From the IMG/VR virus record IMGVR_UViG_3300046694_000296, positions 62,001-126,000 of that record: a DNA stretch of 64,000 bases. One strand, 5' to 3'. Below are positions 29,507 through 37,976 of this stretch, in pieces. Position 1 is the first letter of the stretch, and each line of letters starts with the position of its first letter. The notes under the pieces are model-generated. The model was not told where the DNA came from, did no database searches, and saw only the letters and a program-made list of their open reading frames with translations. Made by a program: the position numbers and the translations under genes.

Positions 29507-29719
29507 ATGAAAACCGCTCAAAACGTCTCTACTGCCCGCGTCTCTGCTTTCGCATACCATGCGCGTGCACAGCACGGGTATCACGCACAGCAAGACGCAC
29601 AAGACGCGAACCGCTATACCATCGCGCGCGGTTCGTGCGACGCTGATTCATTCGATACTATGACAGACGCACTCTCTCACTTCAGTCTCTCGATTGATTG
29701 GGAAAGCGAACCAATCTAA
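29507..29719 (+). CDS. Hypothetical protein
   Basis: 70 aa after hairpin 29449-29473. Confidence 0.55.
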   Translation: MKTAQNVSTARVSAFAYHARAQHGYHAQQDAQDANRYTIARGSCDADSFDTMTDALSHFSLSIDWESEPI

Positions 29720-29927
29720 TACATAGCAAACCGAACTATCGCGCGCCCGGGCACCCTCGCACCGGGCGATGAATCGTAACGCTTGGGGCACCTTCATGGT
29801 CTTAGAAGGAATCGCGATAGTGGTGGGGCCTCGTTGGAAATTTTTTCCAGATCCAGACCCGATCCTTATACGGCCAGGCGGTGGCAAATCCGAGATCCTT
29901 ATAGGGCCGAGCGGGGCCTTGGAAATC

Positions 29928-29974
29928 GGGGAGAGGGAAAGCGGGGGAGTGGGGAGTGGGGCTTGGGGAAGGGG
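29928..29974 (+). other. G-tract cluster (potential G-quadruplex)
   Basis: GGGG-AGA-GGG-AAAGC-GGGGG-AGT-GGGG-AGT-GGGG-CTT-GGGG-AA-GGGG in an intergenic region. Confidence 0.6.
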
Positions 29975-30112
29975 AAGTTGGACTTGGACGAGCTGGCAGA
30001 TCGGAAAGGGGCAGGCCGGCGGCGCTAGGGGCGCTGGCGCGCCCCGCGCGACCCCGTCCTCGCCGATACTGAGCGTTACAATCGCATCACTGATCGATCT
30101 GGCGAGGCTCTC

Positions 30113-30490
30113 ATGAGAAAGGCTCATTTCCTCTTGCTTGTCGCAGTCATCTGGACCTCTGCGCAAGCCGCGAGTGAAGCTCCCATAACCATCCCGAACG
30201 GATATCTCACTGGCAGCCAATTCCGAGCGGCGGGTCCGGCCGTCCAAAGGGGTTACGCGATGGGTGTCGTCGACGGACTCCTCCTCTCGCCCATGTATGG
30301 AGCGCCCGAGCGACGCTCGCGGCTGCTAAAAACCTGCCTATTGGCATTGCAACTCGACAGCGACCAGATCACTGCGCTCGTGAGCCGCGAGATTGAGGCC
30401 GACCCCGTAACGTGGAGCAACCCCGCGCACTCGACAGCCTTTCGTGCGTTACGAAAGGCGTGTATGTCAAACGGCTACGCGTTCGATTGA
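30113..30490 (+). CDS. Secreted Rap1a/Tai-like immunity-fold protein
   Basis: Signal peptide; GYAMGVVDGL...C...Q...V...I..DP..W..PA....ALRKAC pattern. Confidence 0.55.
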   Translation: MRKAHFLLLVAVIWTSAQAASEAPITIPNGYLTGSQFRAAGPAVQRGYAMGVVDGLLLSPMYGAPERRSRLLKTCLLALQLDSDQITALVSREIEADPVTWSNPAHSTAFRALRKACMSNGYAFD

Positions 30491-30551
30491 GATTGATCGA
30501 GTGGCTTCTCCATACTGATAAGCTAGTGACCTTAATCTTGGAGACACGAGA

Positions 30552-31244
30552 GTGAGCGACCCAGTTTCGCAGTTTGCGGCAGCAGCCGGGAAAGAAGTGG
30601 TGGTTCAGTTGGGCAAGCTGGTTCACCGAGTGGTTGGGCCGGCTGCCGATGAGCTCTCTGAATGGCTCGTCACCGGGGTTAGACAGTGGCGCAGCAAAAA
30701 TCTCCTGGCGGTCATCGCGAAGACGGAGCCAAAACTCGAAAAGATCGACCCGACGTGGCGCTCGTCGCCTCGGGTAGCCGCCACGATTCTCGAGAATGCA
30801 AGCTGGGCCGACGCTGACACTCTTCAGGAGCTCTGGTCGAATTTGCTTGTTTCATCCATGAGCGCTGATGGACATTCCGAAGAGGCGCTCCTGTATGCGC
30901 CAGTCCTCTCTCGGCTTACGACCGTGCAGGCCAGGATACTGGACATGGCGCTCATGGAGCGGAGCATCCTTTCGGACTTGAAGCCCCGCAAGGACGTTGG
31001 CGAATACCCATTGCCCGTATGGCTTGAAACGACTGGGGCAAAAAGCGCCGAGGAGATTGGATTGTCGGTGGAATCTCTCGTTTCTTTGCGCCTTATGCAA
31101 GACACAGACATCGTTAGCTTCTACGTGAACGATCCGAATTCAAAGATCATGGTCCATCCCACTCATTTTGCTTGGGCATTTTTTGCCCGAGTGCATGGAC
31201 ACACCGGACCCATGCCGGGGTTCTACCGCCCTTACCATCCATGA
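30552..31244 (+). CDS. Abi-alpha (DUF4393)-like protein
   Basis: GPAADEL...RQWRSKN...PRVAATILENAS...LQELWSNLL...LSRLT...ARIL pattern. Confidence 0.7.
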   Translation: MSDPVSQFAAAAGKEVVVQLGKLVHRVVGPAADELSEWLVTGVRQWRSKNLLAVIAKTEPKLEKIDPTWRSSPRVAATILENASWADADTLQELWSNLLVSSMSADGHSEEALLYAPVLSRLTTVQARILDMALMERSILSDLKPRKDVGEYPLPVWLETTGAKSAEEIGLSVESLVSLRLMQDTDIVSFYVNDPNSKIMVHPTHFAWAFFARVHGHTGPMPGFYRPYHP

Positions 31245-31348
31245 ATCGCCGTCAGTCGTTCACGGTGCCGTCTCGCTGCCCTTGATGGTAAAGCCCGACG
31301 ATATTGTCGACGCAGTCGAAGAATGCCCCTGCGCGACCCGTCCGTGCC

Positions 31349-31615
31349 TCAGTTCAACTGCTGCGGGGGCTGGTTGCCTCGGAACTCTTGCGGGCTACAC
31401 ACGATCACCTTTGCGCCTTCTGGCAGCGGCGTCCTTGCCCCGCGACCCATCACTGTCCAGCAAGGGGTGTTTGCCCAGCGGTCCCAGACCCAGTGCATAC
31501 CATCTCCGGGGCTCAACGGACTCATGGGTGCGTATCTGAACATCCATGAAAACCAGAGGACAAGCGCCGCCCCTATAACGCAGGCCCCGATAAGAGCCCT
31601 TTGCGTCGCGTTCAT
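31349..31615 (-). CDS. Small membrane protein
   Basis: N-terminal TM helix. Confidence 0.6.
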   Translation of the reverse strand: MNATQRALIGACVIGAALVLWFSWMFRYAPMSPLSPGDGMHWVWDRWANTPCWTVMGRGARTPLPEGAKVIVCSPQEFRGNQPPQQLN

Positions 31616-31642
31616 ACATTCTCCTTGTGTTTTTCCCTGCGA

Positions 31643-31891
31643 TCAGTCAACAAGTTTGACCTTGACCCACAGCTTCTGCTCGTGGGGCTCCTGCCCAGGC
31701 CAAACGCGCTGTTCAATCGAGACGATGACGTAATCCAGCATGGGCTGATAGTCGTCGTCAGCATCTGTATCCCTAGGGAAGTTGATTTGAGCTCCGGGCA
31801 CCACATGCGCGAGCGGCGCAGACTTACGCACTGTCAGCAGATGTTGGTGCGGGGGCCCGGAAATGAAGGCGTATTCGTAGACCGTTGTCAT
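31643..31891 (-). CDS. Hypothetical protein
   Basis: ATGA overlap with 31888..32109. Confidence 0.55.
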   Translation of the reverse strand: MTTVYEYAFISGPPHQHLLTVRKSAPLAHVVPGAQINFPRDTDADDDYQPMLDYVIVSIEQRVWPGQEPHEQKLWVKVKLVD

Positions 31892-32109
31892 GTTTTCTTC
31901 CCAGTGAAGCCCACGATGATCCATTCGATGCCCTTGCACAATCCGAGAAACACGGCGCCGATCAGCAAAAAAATAATCAATTCCACAGGGTCGTGAGAAG
32001 CGGTGCGTGTGAAATTATAGACAGCGAGGATGGCGAGCATTGCAAACACCGCCCACCCAACGATGGCGGTGACTTTCCCGATACGCCGAAAACCTTCTGC
32101 TTTGTCCAT
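31888..32109 (-). CDS. Two-TM small membrane protein
   Basis: Two hydrophobic helices; GGAG RBS. Confidence 0.7.
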   Translation of the reverse strand: MDKAEGFRRIGKVTAIVGWAVFAMLAILAVYNFTRTASHDPVELIIFLLIGAVFLGLCKGIEWIIVGFTGKKT

Positions 32110-32112
32110 CGT

Positions 32113-32448
32113 TCACTCCGTGATGGTGCCGTCGCGCTGGCCCTGGTGGTAGAGGCCGACGATGTTGTCCATGCAGTAGGAGAACGCCCAGCGCGCCGCC
32201 GACTCACGATCGTATGCCGCTGTGTTCGCGTAGATTTCGTCCTCGATGTGCTGCCGCAGAGGCTCCGACCATGCAGGATTGTGGATCGACGGCTTTTTCC
32301 CCTGAACCGCCATGCGGTAATAGAGATCGCCCGTTTTGCCGTAGTTCTCGCAGGCGCCCGCCCGCGCGTCGAAGTTCTCCCACCCGCCGCCCGCATGCGC
32401 GAGCCCCGCGGCTGCCGTCAGCAGCGCGGCCATCATCACCTTCTTCAT
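32113..32448 (-). CDS. Secreted hypothetical protein
   Basis: MKKVMMAALLTAAAGLAHA signal peptide; two Cys. Confidence 0.7.
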   Translation of the reverse strand: MKKVMMAALLTAAAGLAHAGGGWENFDARAGACENYGKTGDLYYRMAVQGKKPSIHNPAWSEPLRQHIEDEIYANTAAYDRESAARWAFSYCMDNIVGLYHQGQRDGTITE

Positions 32449-32494
32449 TTGCGACCCCTCGTAGGCCCATTGTAATTTTGAGACGGCAGGGATT

Positions 32495-33055
32495 TTACCA
32501 GCCACCCCAGCGCTCGTCGGTAAGTGGCGCCGTCTCGAGTAGCCGGCCCACGATCGCCTCCATCGGCTCATCCGACGCGGCCAGCTCGTCCGCGGCCTGG
32601 CGTGAGCGCATCGCCTCGCGCTGCTCTTCCTGCGCGCGCAGAATACCCGCTTCGCGCTCCTCCCGGCCGTCCCATGCGTCGGTCGTCTCCCACCTGCCAC
32701 CGTCGTCGAGCACGTTTGGCACCCACCGGAACTCTTTCTTCCAGTCGACCTGCGGCAACCCCGCGGCCCGGCGCTCGAGCGCCGCCTGCAGCGCGTCAAT
32801 CATCGGCTCGTTCATGTCGCCCGCCATCGCCTTGTATTGGCGCTTGGCTGCCTTCTGGTCGGTGATCGGGAACAGCCCGCGCCATTTCGCCATCGTGTCC
32901 ATCAGGTTCCGGGGATCGGGCACGTAGCTCATGCGGCGCATCACCTCGGCGAGCGCTTCTACCTCGGCCGCGCGCGACACGGGTGACGGAATATCGCCGA
33001 ACGCATCGGGCATCGTGGTGCGGGCGTATTCGACGACGTTGAAGAGTAGGGACAT
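32495..33055 (-). CDS. Hypothetical protein
   Basis: 186 aa, phage-like codon use. Confidence 0.7.
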   Translation of the reverse strand: MSLLFNVVEYARTTMPDAFGDIPSPVSRAAEVEALAEVMRRMSYVPDPRNLMDTMAKWRGLFPITDQKAAKRQYKAMAGDMNEPMIDALQAALERRAAGLPQVDWKKEFRWVPNVLDDGGRWETTDAWDGREEREAGILRAQEEQREAMRSRQAADELAASDEPMEAIVGRLLETAPLTDERWGGW

Positions 33056-33204
33056 GGCGTGCAGACCTCGGAATTTGGCTTCTTACCGTCGAGTATAGGG
33101 AGGGGAGGTGTTCCAGCCGCGGAAAAAGAAACAGCGCCCGAAGGCGCCGTTTCAGTGGCTTCCCGCCTAGTGCGCTCGAGCCAGCAGCCGAGCACCCACA
33201 GCAG

Positions 33205-33435
33205 TCATACGAAGCCCATCGGTGTTCCCGAGCCGCCGTCGGCGTCCTCGAGCTCGCGCTCGATTTGACCGATCCGCGCGACCTGTTCAGGATCTTGCAT
33301 CAGCGGCGGCTCGGGCAGGAAAAACAGGCCCAGAATCGACAGCGGATTGCCCGTGATGCACAGCGTGGCGATGACCGCCCCGACGATGCCCACGACGATC
33401 AGCACAAACAGAAAAGGCGTGCGTGAAGGGAACAT
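33205..33435 (-). CDS. Small membrane protein (MFPSR start)
   Basis: Two hydrophobic segments; promoter TTGCCG-17-TAAAGT on the minus strand with operator-like site 33455-33470. Confidence 0.7.
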   Translation of the reverse strand: MFPSRTPFLFVLIVVGIVGAVIATLCITGNPLSILGLFFLPEPPLMQDPEQVARIGQIERELEDADGGSGTPMGFV

Positions 33436-33543
33436 GATTTCCTTTTTTAAAAGTAAGTTATGAGTTACTTTATACCGCTCCAGCGGTCGCGGCAAGTGCG
33501 TTCGTGTCCTATCATTTGCAGGGGGCGAGAAGAGGGGGCTACC

Positions 33544-34032
33544 ATGAAGTCGTTCAAGACGTTGCAGGCAATTTTGGTAGTTCTTGTTGTCGGGTTTTCT
33601 ATCACTGCAGTTCTCGGGGCGCGTGAAGTGATCGAGGACCTCAACAATGAAATTGCTGCGTTAGTGTATGACCGAGGACAACTGAGCCTTCAATTATTGA
33701 AAGAACGAGCGGAAGTAGAGCGATTGCGAGGCGGTCGGGGCGAGACATCTGAGCACGACATTGCGCCCCCGCCGCCGCCTAAGCCGGCGTCTTCGACAAC
33801 GGAATCTTCGACAAATCAGTTGAGTTTGTGGCTATCGACGGCAGGCTCTGCTGGGACCCTCGCTGGCCTTCTCATTACCAATTGGATCGCGATACGGAAA
33901 GAACGTCGGGAGGCTGCTCGCGCGGGTGAGGATCTGCAGAAAGTGCTGTTTGAAAACCAGAAGCTGCGGGCGGACATCGCGACGAAAAACGCCGTGCCGG
34001 CGCAACGCCGTGTCAAGCGGCCGAATATCTAG
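33544..34032 (+). CDS. Membrane protein with TM-WxxRKERRE-coiled-coil C-terminus (paralog A)
   Basis: N-terminal TM, internal TM, coiled coil; similar to 35119..35550. Confidence 0.65.
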   Translation: MKSFKTLQAILVVLVVGFSITAVLGAREVIEDLNNEIAALVYDRGQLSLQLLKERAEVERLRGGRGETSEHDIAPPPPPKPASSTTESSTNQLSLWLSTAGSAGTLAGLLITNWIAIRKERREAARAGEDLQKVLFENQKLRADIATKNAVPAQRRVKRPNI

Positions 34033-34033
34033 G

Positions 34034-34297
34034 CTATTTGTCGTTGTAATGTCCGCGGCAGCGAATGATTAGCAGGTTTTCTTCGGTGACAGCGTAGGTC
34101 AGCCGGTCCTTCTCGTTAATGCGGCGCGATATCATTTTGATGTGCTTTAGGAATTCGACCTTTCCGGTTCCTGTGAACGGGGTGCGACGACTTTCGTCGA
34201 TCAATCCGGTGAGACGTTCAAACATTTTTGCGTCGGAGCTGCGCCAAAAGTGGTAATCGTCCCAACTTTGCGGTGAGAAGGTAACGCCTCGTGACAT
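34034..34297 (-). CDS. yoeB: Txe/YoeB-family mRNA interferase toxin
   Basis: F...W.DY..W...D, PFTGTGK.E.LK, SRRI...RL.Y, C.GHY. Confidence 0.88.
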   Translation of the reverse strand: MSRGVTFSPQSWDDYHFWRSSDAKMFERLTGLIDESRRTPFTGTGKVEFLKHIKMISRRINEKDRLTYAVTEENLLIIRCRGHYNDK

Positions 34298-34818
34298 CAC
34301 GTTCCTTGTGTCGTCTTTCGTTTATGACGAAGTGCGCCGGGCTGGGAGGTGTGGGCGGGCGGCAATGCGGAGCGCACTCCTGAGTAAGGACCGCTGGCGG
34401 AGCTACGAACAAATACCGGCACATCGAGGCCCTGTTGAGGAGTCTTTGGTAGGCGGTGTTCGACATCCAGGTTTGCAACGACCCTCGTGGGCAACGCCAT
34501 AATCCAAGAACGCGCCAGTTGTTCAGCTGCGACGAATTCCTCCTCCGGCGGCGAGAGAAATTTGCCCGGCGTGTGGCCCTGCGCGGCGAACCACGAAATA
34601 GAATCCTCGGTCTTGCGATTGTCGATTGCTTGCTCGAGCTCCTCCACGCGCGATTCTAGGGCTTGATACATCTCCAGCGGCAAGGTTACGTAGTGGCGCT
34701 CGCCCTTCATAAAAACCTCTGGGCTTTCGGGTTCGGACGTGCGAGCGGCCGGATCGGCGGCCTCAATTCCTGGCTCTATAGCTGGATTTTCATCCGATGG
34801 GGGAAGGTTCAGTGCCAT
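34297..34818 (-). CDS. Putative antitoxin, atypical length
   Basis: Immediately upstream of and overlapping the toxin start; short stretch (PEVFMKGERHYVTLPLEMYQAL) resembles a Phd/YefM segment. Confidence 0.5.
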   Translation of the reverse strand: MALNLPPSDENPAIEPGIEAADPAARTSEPESPEVFMKGERHYVTLPLEMYQALESRVEELEQAIDNRKTEDSISWFAAQGHTPGKFLSPPEEEFVAAEQLARSWIMALPTRVVANLDVEHRLPKTPQQGLDVPVFVRSSASGPYSGVRSALPPAHTSQPGALRHKRKTTQGT

Positions 34819-34880
34819 GAAAGTCTCCTGATTGCAGCATTTTAACCTACCTCAAGCTTTTGATTCATCGGGGCAAAAGC

Positions 34881-35015
34881 TCACGCAGCCTTTCTGAACA
34901 CGCTGTAGGCGAAATCCGCGACAATTCTGTCGGCGAAGCCAGCAGGTTTGTGATGATGCCGGATGACGCAGGCGATGTGAAACAGATACGGCACCGGGAC
35001 GCGCGAGGGGAACAT
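34881..35015 (-). CDS. 44-aa ORF with MFPSR start (absent from ORF track)
   Basis: Same start and same promoter layout (TAGACG-17-TAAAGT plus operator-like site) as 33205..33435. Confidence 0.4.
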   Translation of the reverse strand: MFPSRVPVPYLFHIACVIRHHHKPAGFADRIVADFAYSVFRKAA

Positions 35016-35118
35016 GGCTTTTCCCGTAAAGTAATATGTAGCTTACTTTAAAAGAGGCGACGGCTGGCGTCTAGCGCCGGTGTGTCCTATTCTGTTTTAA
35101 CACTAGGGAGCGCCAAAA

Positions 35119-35550
35119 ATGACACCTTTAGAACTCAGACGCCTGCGGAACATTTTCCTGGTGGTATTTTGCGGCTCGGCTGCTTTCATCGCTGCCGACG
35201 AACGAGTCAGGTATGCGACGTCGTGGCAGTCTGAGGCGGGCGACATTTCCGCATACGAGACGCCTGTCATGTCGGCCAAAGATATTCTCGGAAGTCGTAA
35301 GCAAACATACGGGCAAGCGGCGCTGGCAGACTCTGCTTCGATCCTTCCTTTAATCATTGCAACGATCAGTAGCGCCACTTCTTTGATCGGAGCAATCGGT
35401 GCGACCGTGATTGCTTGGCGCAGAGAGAATCGCGAATCGAAACGTCAGGAACACGATATTGAGAAGATCCGGCTCGACATCGAAAAGCTGCGCGGTGAGC
35501 TTGAGAAAAAGGAAGCCGCGCAGCGTCGTAAAGTCAAGCGGCTCTCTTGA
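35119..35550 (+). CDS. Membrane protein with TM-WRRENRE-coiled-coil C-terminus (paralog B)
   Basis: GGGAG RBS; C-terminal half aligns by eye with 33544..34032. Confidence 0.7.
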   Translation: MTPLELRRLRNIFLVVFCGSAAFIAADERVRYATSWQSEAGDISAYETPVMSAKDILGSRKQTYGQAALADSASILPLIIATISSATSLIGAIGATVIAWRRENRESKRQEHDIEKIRLDIEKLRGELEKKEAAQRRKVKRLS

Positions 35551-37252
35551 ACCTCGAGTAGTCGAAGTCGCTCAAGATGTTTTCGGCAAATCCCGGTGTG
35601 CTTCTGATGATCGAGATCCGCTCGTTCTGGTGGTCCCGCAGCGTCGTGTTGGCCGCCTCGATGAAATCGACCACGAACGCGACGTTCGGCCCGTGCTTCT
35701 TCTTACGCAGGCCCCGGCCGATCCGCTGGCGGGTCTGCACCTCGGCCTTGCCCGCGCCCGCGAGCACGATCAGGCCCACCGCCGGCACGTCGACCCCGAC
35801 GTCCATGATCGACGTGCCGATCACCGCATCGACGCGGCCGTCACGCAGCGCGTTCAACGCCGCCTTACGCTCGGTGTGGTCGTTCGCGCCCTTGATGAAG
35901 GCGACGCGCACGCCCGCCTGCGTGAGCATGTCCGAGAGCTGCCGCCCGTGCTCGGTGCGCGAGACGAGAATCATGCCCGGCAGCCCGTGCTGCTTGGCGC
36001 GGCTCACCTCGTAGACGATCGCGCGGTTGCGCTCGTCGTTGTGCACGACGCCGATCTCGTAGCACTTGGGCCACGGGGTCGAGCGAAACAGGCGGTGCGT
36101 GACGAGCTTGCCCTTGACCTCTTCCTGATAGAAGGGCGCCGCGGTCTGCAGCTGGACGAACTTGAAATAGGGCTTGGCCAGCACGCCGAGGTCGATCAGC
36201 TGCTTTTCCGTGACCGTGATCGCCACGGGCCCGCTGCACGCCTCGAGGCGCAGGTTGTCCTCGGGTGAGTCCTTCATGAACGGGGTGGCCGTCAGCGCGA
36301 GCCGGTAGTGCGCGTTCACGCAGTGGCGCATCACCTCGTAGAAGCCATTTCCCGACGCCTCGTGCGCCTCCTCGAGGATCACGAATTCGACGCCCGCCAG
36401 GAACTTGATCATTTCCTCGCGCTTCCGGTTGTGATCCTGCACCTTCGCCTGGATCGTCGCGACCACTTCGACGTCGGCCGGGCGTTTCGCCTCGAGCTGG
36501 CGGCGCAGCGCGGTCGTAGCATCCGCGATCTGCGGGGCGGGGAGCTTCTGCTTTTTCAGCTTCGCCTGCAGCTTCTCGACCTCGCGGTCTTCGGCGGCGT
36601 CCCGGTTCTTGATGTAGGCGAGCATTTCGCCCTCATCGGTCCAGAGGTCGATCGCCTGGCTGATCGTCTGCACCATCCCGAGCGTGAACTGACGCGAGAA
36701 GTCCCGCTGGCTGTCGCCCACGACGCCCACGCGCTCGCCAAGGTTCTCGGTCACCGCGTCGCCCATCTGATACATCAGGATGCCCCGCGTGGTCAGAAAA
36801 AGCGTCTTGCGGCCGATGCGCTTGTAGCAGATCCGTGCGATCCGGCTCTTGCCGCCGCCCGTCGCCACGCGGGCAATGATCGCGCGGTGCTTCACGAGCT
36901 TGTCGGCCACCTCGGGCTGGTAGTTGTAGGCCGGGTCATAGCCGAAGTCGTCGACCACCGGGCGCTCCGGGCCCAGAGGTGCGGGCGCGGGCTTTCTCAC
37001 GAGATTGACCTTGTAGCCAGCCTTGAGGAGCGCGGCATAGACCTTGTAGGTGAAGCCCGCCGGGAAGGTGTCGTTGTCGAAGTCGTAGAAGCTCGAGGAG
37101 CCGTCCCACGACGTGCCCTTGAACGCCTGCGAGTAGCTTGCGCCCTCGACCAGATAGGAGAGCTTCTCGCGCACGAGCAGCTTCGCCTCGCGCGTGGCGC
37201 CCATCAGCCTTGCGTTCACCGCTCCTGCGGCGAGAGTCAGTCCAGATGTCAT
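35534..37252 (-). CDS. Superfamily 2 helicase
   Basis: ATGGGKS (I), LEEAHE (II), LTAT (III), GVDVP (V), QRIGRGLR (VI). Confidence 0.92.
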   Translation of the reverse strand: MTSGLTLAAGAVNARLMGATREAKLLVREKLSYLVEGASYSQAFKGTSWDGSSSFYDFDNDTFPAGFTYKVYAALLKAGYKVNLVRKPAPAPLGPERPVVDDFGYDPAYNYQPEVADKLVKHRAIIARVATGGGKSRIARICYKRIGRKTLFLTTRGILMYQMGDAVTENLGERVGVVGDSQRDFSRQFTLGMVQTISQAIDLWTDEGEMLAYIKNRDAAEDREVEKLQAKLKKQKLPAPQIADATTALRRQLEAKRPADVEVVATIQAKVQDHNRKREEMIKFLAGVEFVILEEAHEASGNGFYEVMRHCVNAHYRLALTATPFMKDSPEDNLRLEACSGPVAITVTEKQLIDLGVLAKPYFKFVQLQTAAPFYQEEVKGKLVTHRLFRSTPWPKCYEIGVVHNDERNRAIVYEVSRAKQHGLPGMILVSRTEHGRQLSDMLTQAGVRVAFIKGANDHTERKAALNALRDGRVDAVIGTSIMDVGVDVPAVGLIVLAGAGKAEVQTRQRIGRGLRKKKHGPNVAFVVDFIEAANTTLRDHQNERISIIRSTPGFAENILSDFDYSRFKRAA

Positions 37253-37313
37253 TTCTTGCCTTATAGGAGGTCCGTAAGTATAGTAACGAATGACTTACTC
37301 ACACGGACGCATT

Positions 37314-37976
37314 ATGTCAGCCGCACAACCCAAGTTCCAGCCGGTGTCAGCGCAGGTATCAGTCGATATGCTGCGGGCGAACAGCTGGAACACCAACACG
37401 ATGTCGCCGGATTCGGAAGCCAAGCTCGACGTCTCCGTATCCCGGTTCGGCCTCTACAAGCCGATCGTGGTGCGCCCGCACCCGGACGGCGAGGGCTACG
37501 AGATTCTCGGCGGTCAGCATCGGTGGGAGGCAGCGCGGCGCGCTGGCATGTCCGAAGTGCTGATCGTCAACGTCGGGCCGGTGAGCGATCTGACGGCCAA
37601 GGAAATTGGCCTCGTCGACAACGGCCGCTACGGCGAAGACGACACGCTCGCGCTCTCGCGCCTGTTGAAGGAGATGGGCGTCGAGGACATCGGCACCTTC
37701 CTTCCCTACACCGACAGCGAGCTGGAGAACATTCTCGCAGCTTCAAGTATAGATCTCGACGACCTTGACAAGCTGGATCAGGCCGAGATGCCTGACCTCT
37801 CCGGCGCGGGGCTTGGCGCCACGCATCAGGTGATGCGCTTCAAGGTGCCCGTCGAGGACGTCGCCTGGGTCACGAGCGCGATTGAGCGCCGCCAGCGCGA
37901 GCAGGGATTCACCACCGAAGACTCCATGACGAACGCCGGCATGGCCTTCGTCGATCTCATGAAGGCATACAAGTGA
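37314..37976 (+). CDS. ParB/Sulfiredoxin N-terminal-domain protein 1
   Basis: N.N.M...L..S...FG...PIVVR...YEILGGQHRW; no obvious HTH. Confidence 0.88.
   Translation: MSAAQPKFQPVSAQVSVDMLRANSWNTNTMSPDSEAKLDVSVSRFGLYKPIVVRPHPDGEGYEILGGQHRWEAARRAGMSEVLIVNVGPVSDLTAKEIGLVDNGRYGEDDTLALSRLLKEMGVEDIGTFLPYTDSELENILAASSIDLDDLDKLDQAEMPDLSGAGLGATHQVMRFKVPVEDVAWVTSAIERRQREQGFTTEDSMTNAGMAFVDLMKAYK

Noticed and set aside
36400-36650. Intein in the helicase insertion
   Set aside because: No Cys/Ser start, His-Asn end or LAGLIDADG motif; reads as a charged helical insert
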